IMG/VR virus record: IMGVR_UViG_3300012667_000125
Location: 1 to 28,124 of that record
Length of the DNA stretch: 28,124 bases
Direction: 5' to 3' (one strand)
Source of the DNA: a virus
Lineage: Duplodnaviria; Caudoviricetes
Shown: in pieces, positions 26,862 through 28,124 of the stretch
Numbering within the stretch: the first letter of the stretch is position 1
Layout of the letters: each line of letters opens with the position of its first letter
Translations under genes and position numbers: made by a program
Notes under the pieces: model-generated
What the model was told of the DNA's origin: nothing
Seen by the model: the letters and a program-made list of their open reading frames with translations, nothing else
Databases searched by the model: none

Positions 26862-27227
26862 GTGCTTGTCTTTCCAAGCTGTCACCAATCTCCAAGCTAC
26901 GCAGTTTTAGTTCTGTTTGGTAGTAGCGATTATTCTTACAATAAGAATTTGTTGATGGCGGCTAATGGCCGGAGTCAAACCGACTATCACAGTTAAAAGC
27001 CTCTTAAGAGAACCCGTGAATACTTCTCGTCAGTACGTCATTAGCAACTAAAACAAAGTTGGCTTGCCGAAATAAAAGTCGCCAGACAAATTCGGGAAAC
27101 AAGCGCATTGTCTTATGTTTTTCACCATCAAGTCGTATCATCTAAAACAAGGCCAGCCGCGACGCTTATAACACATAAGCCTTGATTAAATGATACGCTT
27201 CATGGTGCTTGTCTTTCCAAGCTGTCA
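26862..27227 (-). repeat. Exact 23-nt direct repeat TGACAGCTTGGAAAGACAAGCAC (26862-26884 and 27205-27227)
   Basis: Read directly; contains the hairpin GCTTG-GAAAGA-CAAGC. Confidence 0.95.
26956..27045 (-). ncRNA. tRNA-like cloverleaf with an aberrant 21-nt anticodon loop (not a canonical tRNA)
   Basis: GCTAATG/CATTAGC acceptor-like stem, GTACT/AGTAT arm, TCACGG/CTGTGA arm, GTCGG-TTTGACT-CCGGC T-arm, then CGCCA. Confidence 0.5.
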
Positions 27228-27421
27228 TAATAATTGTCGGTACTGATCTCCGGCTTAGCGCATTAAACTACGCTTCATCAACTATCAAGTCATGACATCT
27301 AAGCCTTCTCGAGAACTTATGACACATAAGCTCAAATGCCATGCTTGATAATTAAAGCCACCCACCCCAGTTATTGATAAATCGCTTAAAAGGATTTGCT
27401 GGAGTGGGTGGGGTGTAAAAA

Positions 27422-27901
27422 TTATAGCACTACTTCACCGCTGTTTAGCATATCACAGGCGCGTTGGGCTGCTCTATTAATTGTGAAGTAAACAGCGTTA
27501 TTGTTTTGCACAAAGTTACTGTTTACATGCCATGTTTTATTTTTTTCGTTACAACATAAATAATATTTTGCTTCGTCATTATTCCAATCAACCACATCAT
27601 CCCGCACAACTCATCACGCAATGCTAACAACCGATTAAACTTACGCATCTCAACTGCCGCGCGTTCGGCTTGTTGTTGTGTTGGGCGTTCTGTGCCGAAT
27701 TCTTTCATACCTTGTGTTGAAGGGGAGTGAAAAATAAGTCCTTGATCGTCAATATACCAACCCCCCACCAACAGGCGACCATTGTTTTACGCCATCAACA
27801 GATTTTTGCTCAGTCATCTGGTTGCGAATATTCTCCGCATAAGATTGCAATGCTTCAATCGTTGCCTCAGTGGTTTCTAATGCTTTTTGTAAATCACTCA
27901 T
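27422..27901 (-). pseudogene. Hypothetical phage gene (~159 codons) broken by two frameshifts in G runs
   Basis: MSDLQK...WSPVGG (ATG 27901, stop 27749-27751) / WYIDDQG...RDELCG / DDVVDWN...GEVVL join into one plausible protein if G6 (27761-27766) were G5 and G3 (27601-27603) were G4. Confidence 0.6.
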
Positions 27902-27915
27902 TTTATTTTACCCAT

Positions 27916-28013
27916 AAAAAAAAGCCGTCTTAATTTCCATCGAAAGAGAGCGAGAATTGGCTCATGGAAATAAAAAAGGCTTTTTGTTTAAATTCTCGTT
28001 TGTTGGCTTTCGA
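27916..28013 (-). promoter_or_regulatory. Attenuator-like leader with alternative pairings
   Basis: Terminator-like AAAAAGCC..ATTTCCAT / ATGGAAAT..GGCTTTTTTTT; upstream TCGAAAG and CGAGAATT are complementary to CTTTCGA and AATTCTCG in its loop. Confidence 0.55.
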
Positions 28014-28024
28014 CCACGGAAAAC

Positions 28025-28052
28025 ATTATACGCTTTTTCTATTAGTTATCAA
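28025..28052 (-). promoter_or_regulatory. Sigma70-like promoter
   Basis: TTGATA-16 nt-TATAAT pointing into the leader and the morphogenesis genes. Confidence 0.6.
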
Positions 28053-28124
28053 GTTTTTTCACTATTTCCGGCAATTTGTGCGCATTTTGTTTTGTCCCAG
28101 TTTGCCATAGTTTTGTCCTAGTTT

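Larger units (their letters stand above)
26652..27256 (-). repeat. Duplicated 23-nt motif AAGCCGGAGATCAGYACCGRCAA (26652-26674 and 27234-27256)
   Basis: 21/23 identical; each copy is preceded in the transcript by TTGATAGTTKATGARGC and a variable hairpin. Confidence 0.9.
26481..27411 (-). ncRNA. Putative large structured non-coding RNA, or array of RNA modules, upstream of terS
   Basis: At least 9 inverted-repeat stems whose mismatches are mostly G-U only on the minus strand; three duplicated motifs; a tRNA-like cloverleaf; no credible ORF. Confidence 0.65.

Noticed and set aside
26956-27045. Canonical tRNA gene
   Set aside because: No 7-nt anticodon loop, no D-loop GG, TTTG instead of TTCG, and CCA offset by one base.
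27228-27288. Hammerhead ribozyme (TGATGA present)
   Set aside because: Lacks CUGAUGA and a correctly placed GAAA core; the second copy reads TTATGA.
26644-27331. CRISPR or mini-CRISPR array
   Set aside because: Each repeat has only two copies with 151-582 nt spacing and structured intervening sequence; no cas genes.
2779-27933. Plus-strand and nested alternative-frame ORFs in the track
   Set aside because: They are shadows of well-supported minus-strand genes with biased or repetitive codons, and show no recognisable motifs.
1-28124. Host or phage genus assignment, and prophage versus free phage
   Set aside because: No integrase, att site or host genes are in the window; this cannot be decided without searches.

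Overview
A continuous phage or prophage morphogenesis region, with all credible genes on the minus strand. It encodes a contractile-tailed (myovirus-type) virion of the DUF1073-portal / DUF2213-protease / DUF2184-capsid / DUF3383-sheath kind. In transcription order (right to left): a sigma70-like promoter with an attenuator-like leader, a twice-frameshifted small gene, a ~930-nt structured and internally repeated non-coding region, terS, terL, a portal with a 314-aa C-terminal extension, MuF-like minor head, protease/scaffold, decoration protein, major capsid, a free-standing GIY-YIG/NUMOD3 endonuclease, neck genes, sheath, tube, chaperones with a -1 frameshift signal, tape measure, baseplate, tail fibres, a 6-repeat propeller-like protein and three small membrane proteins. 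The most unusual items are (1) the modular RNA-like region upstream of terS, (2) a central spike whose tip is a coiled coil plus a paralog of the tail-fibre tip domain, and (3) a recurring A-x-D motif in head proteins, one copy of which sits at the portal/extension junction. All family assignments come from motif recognition and gene order, not from database searches.
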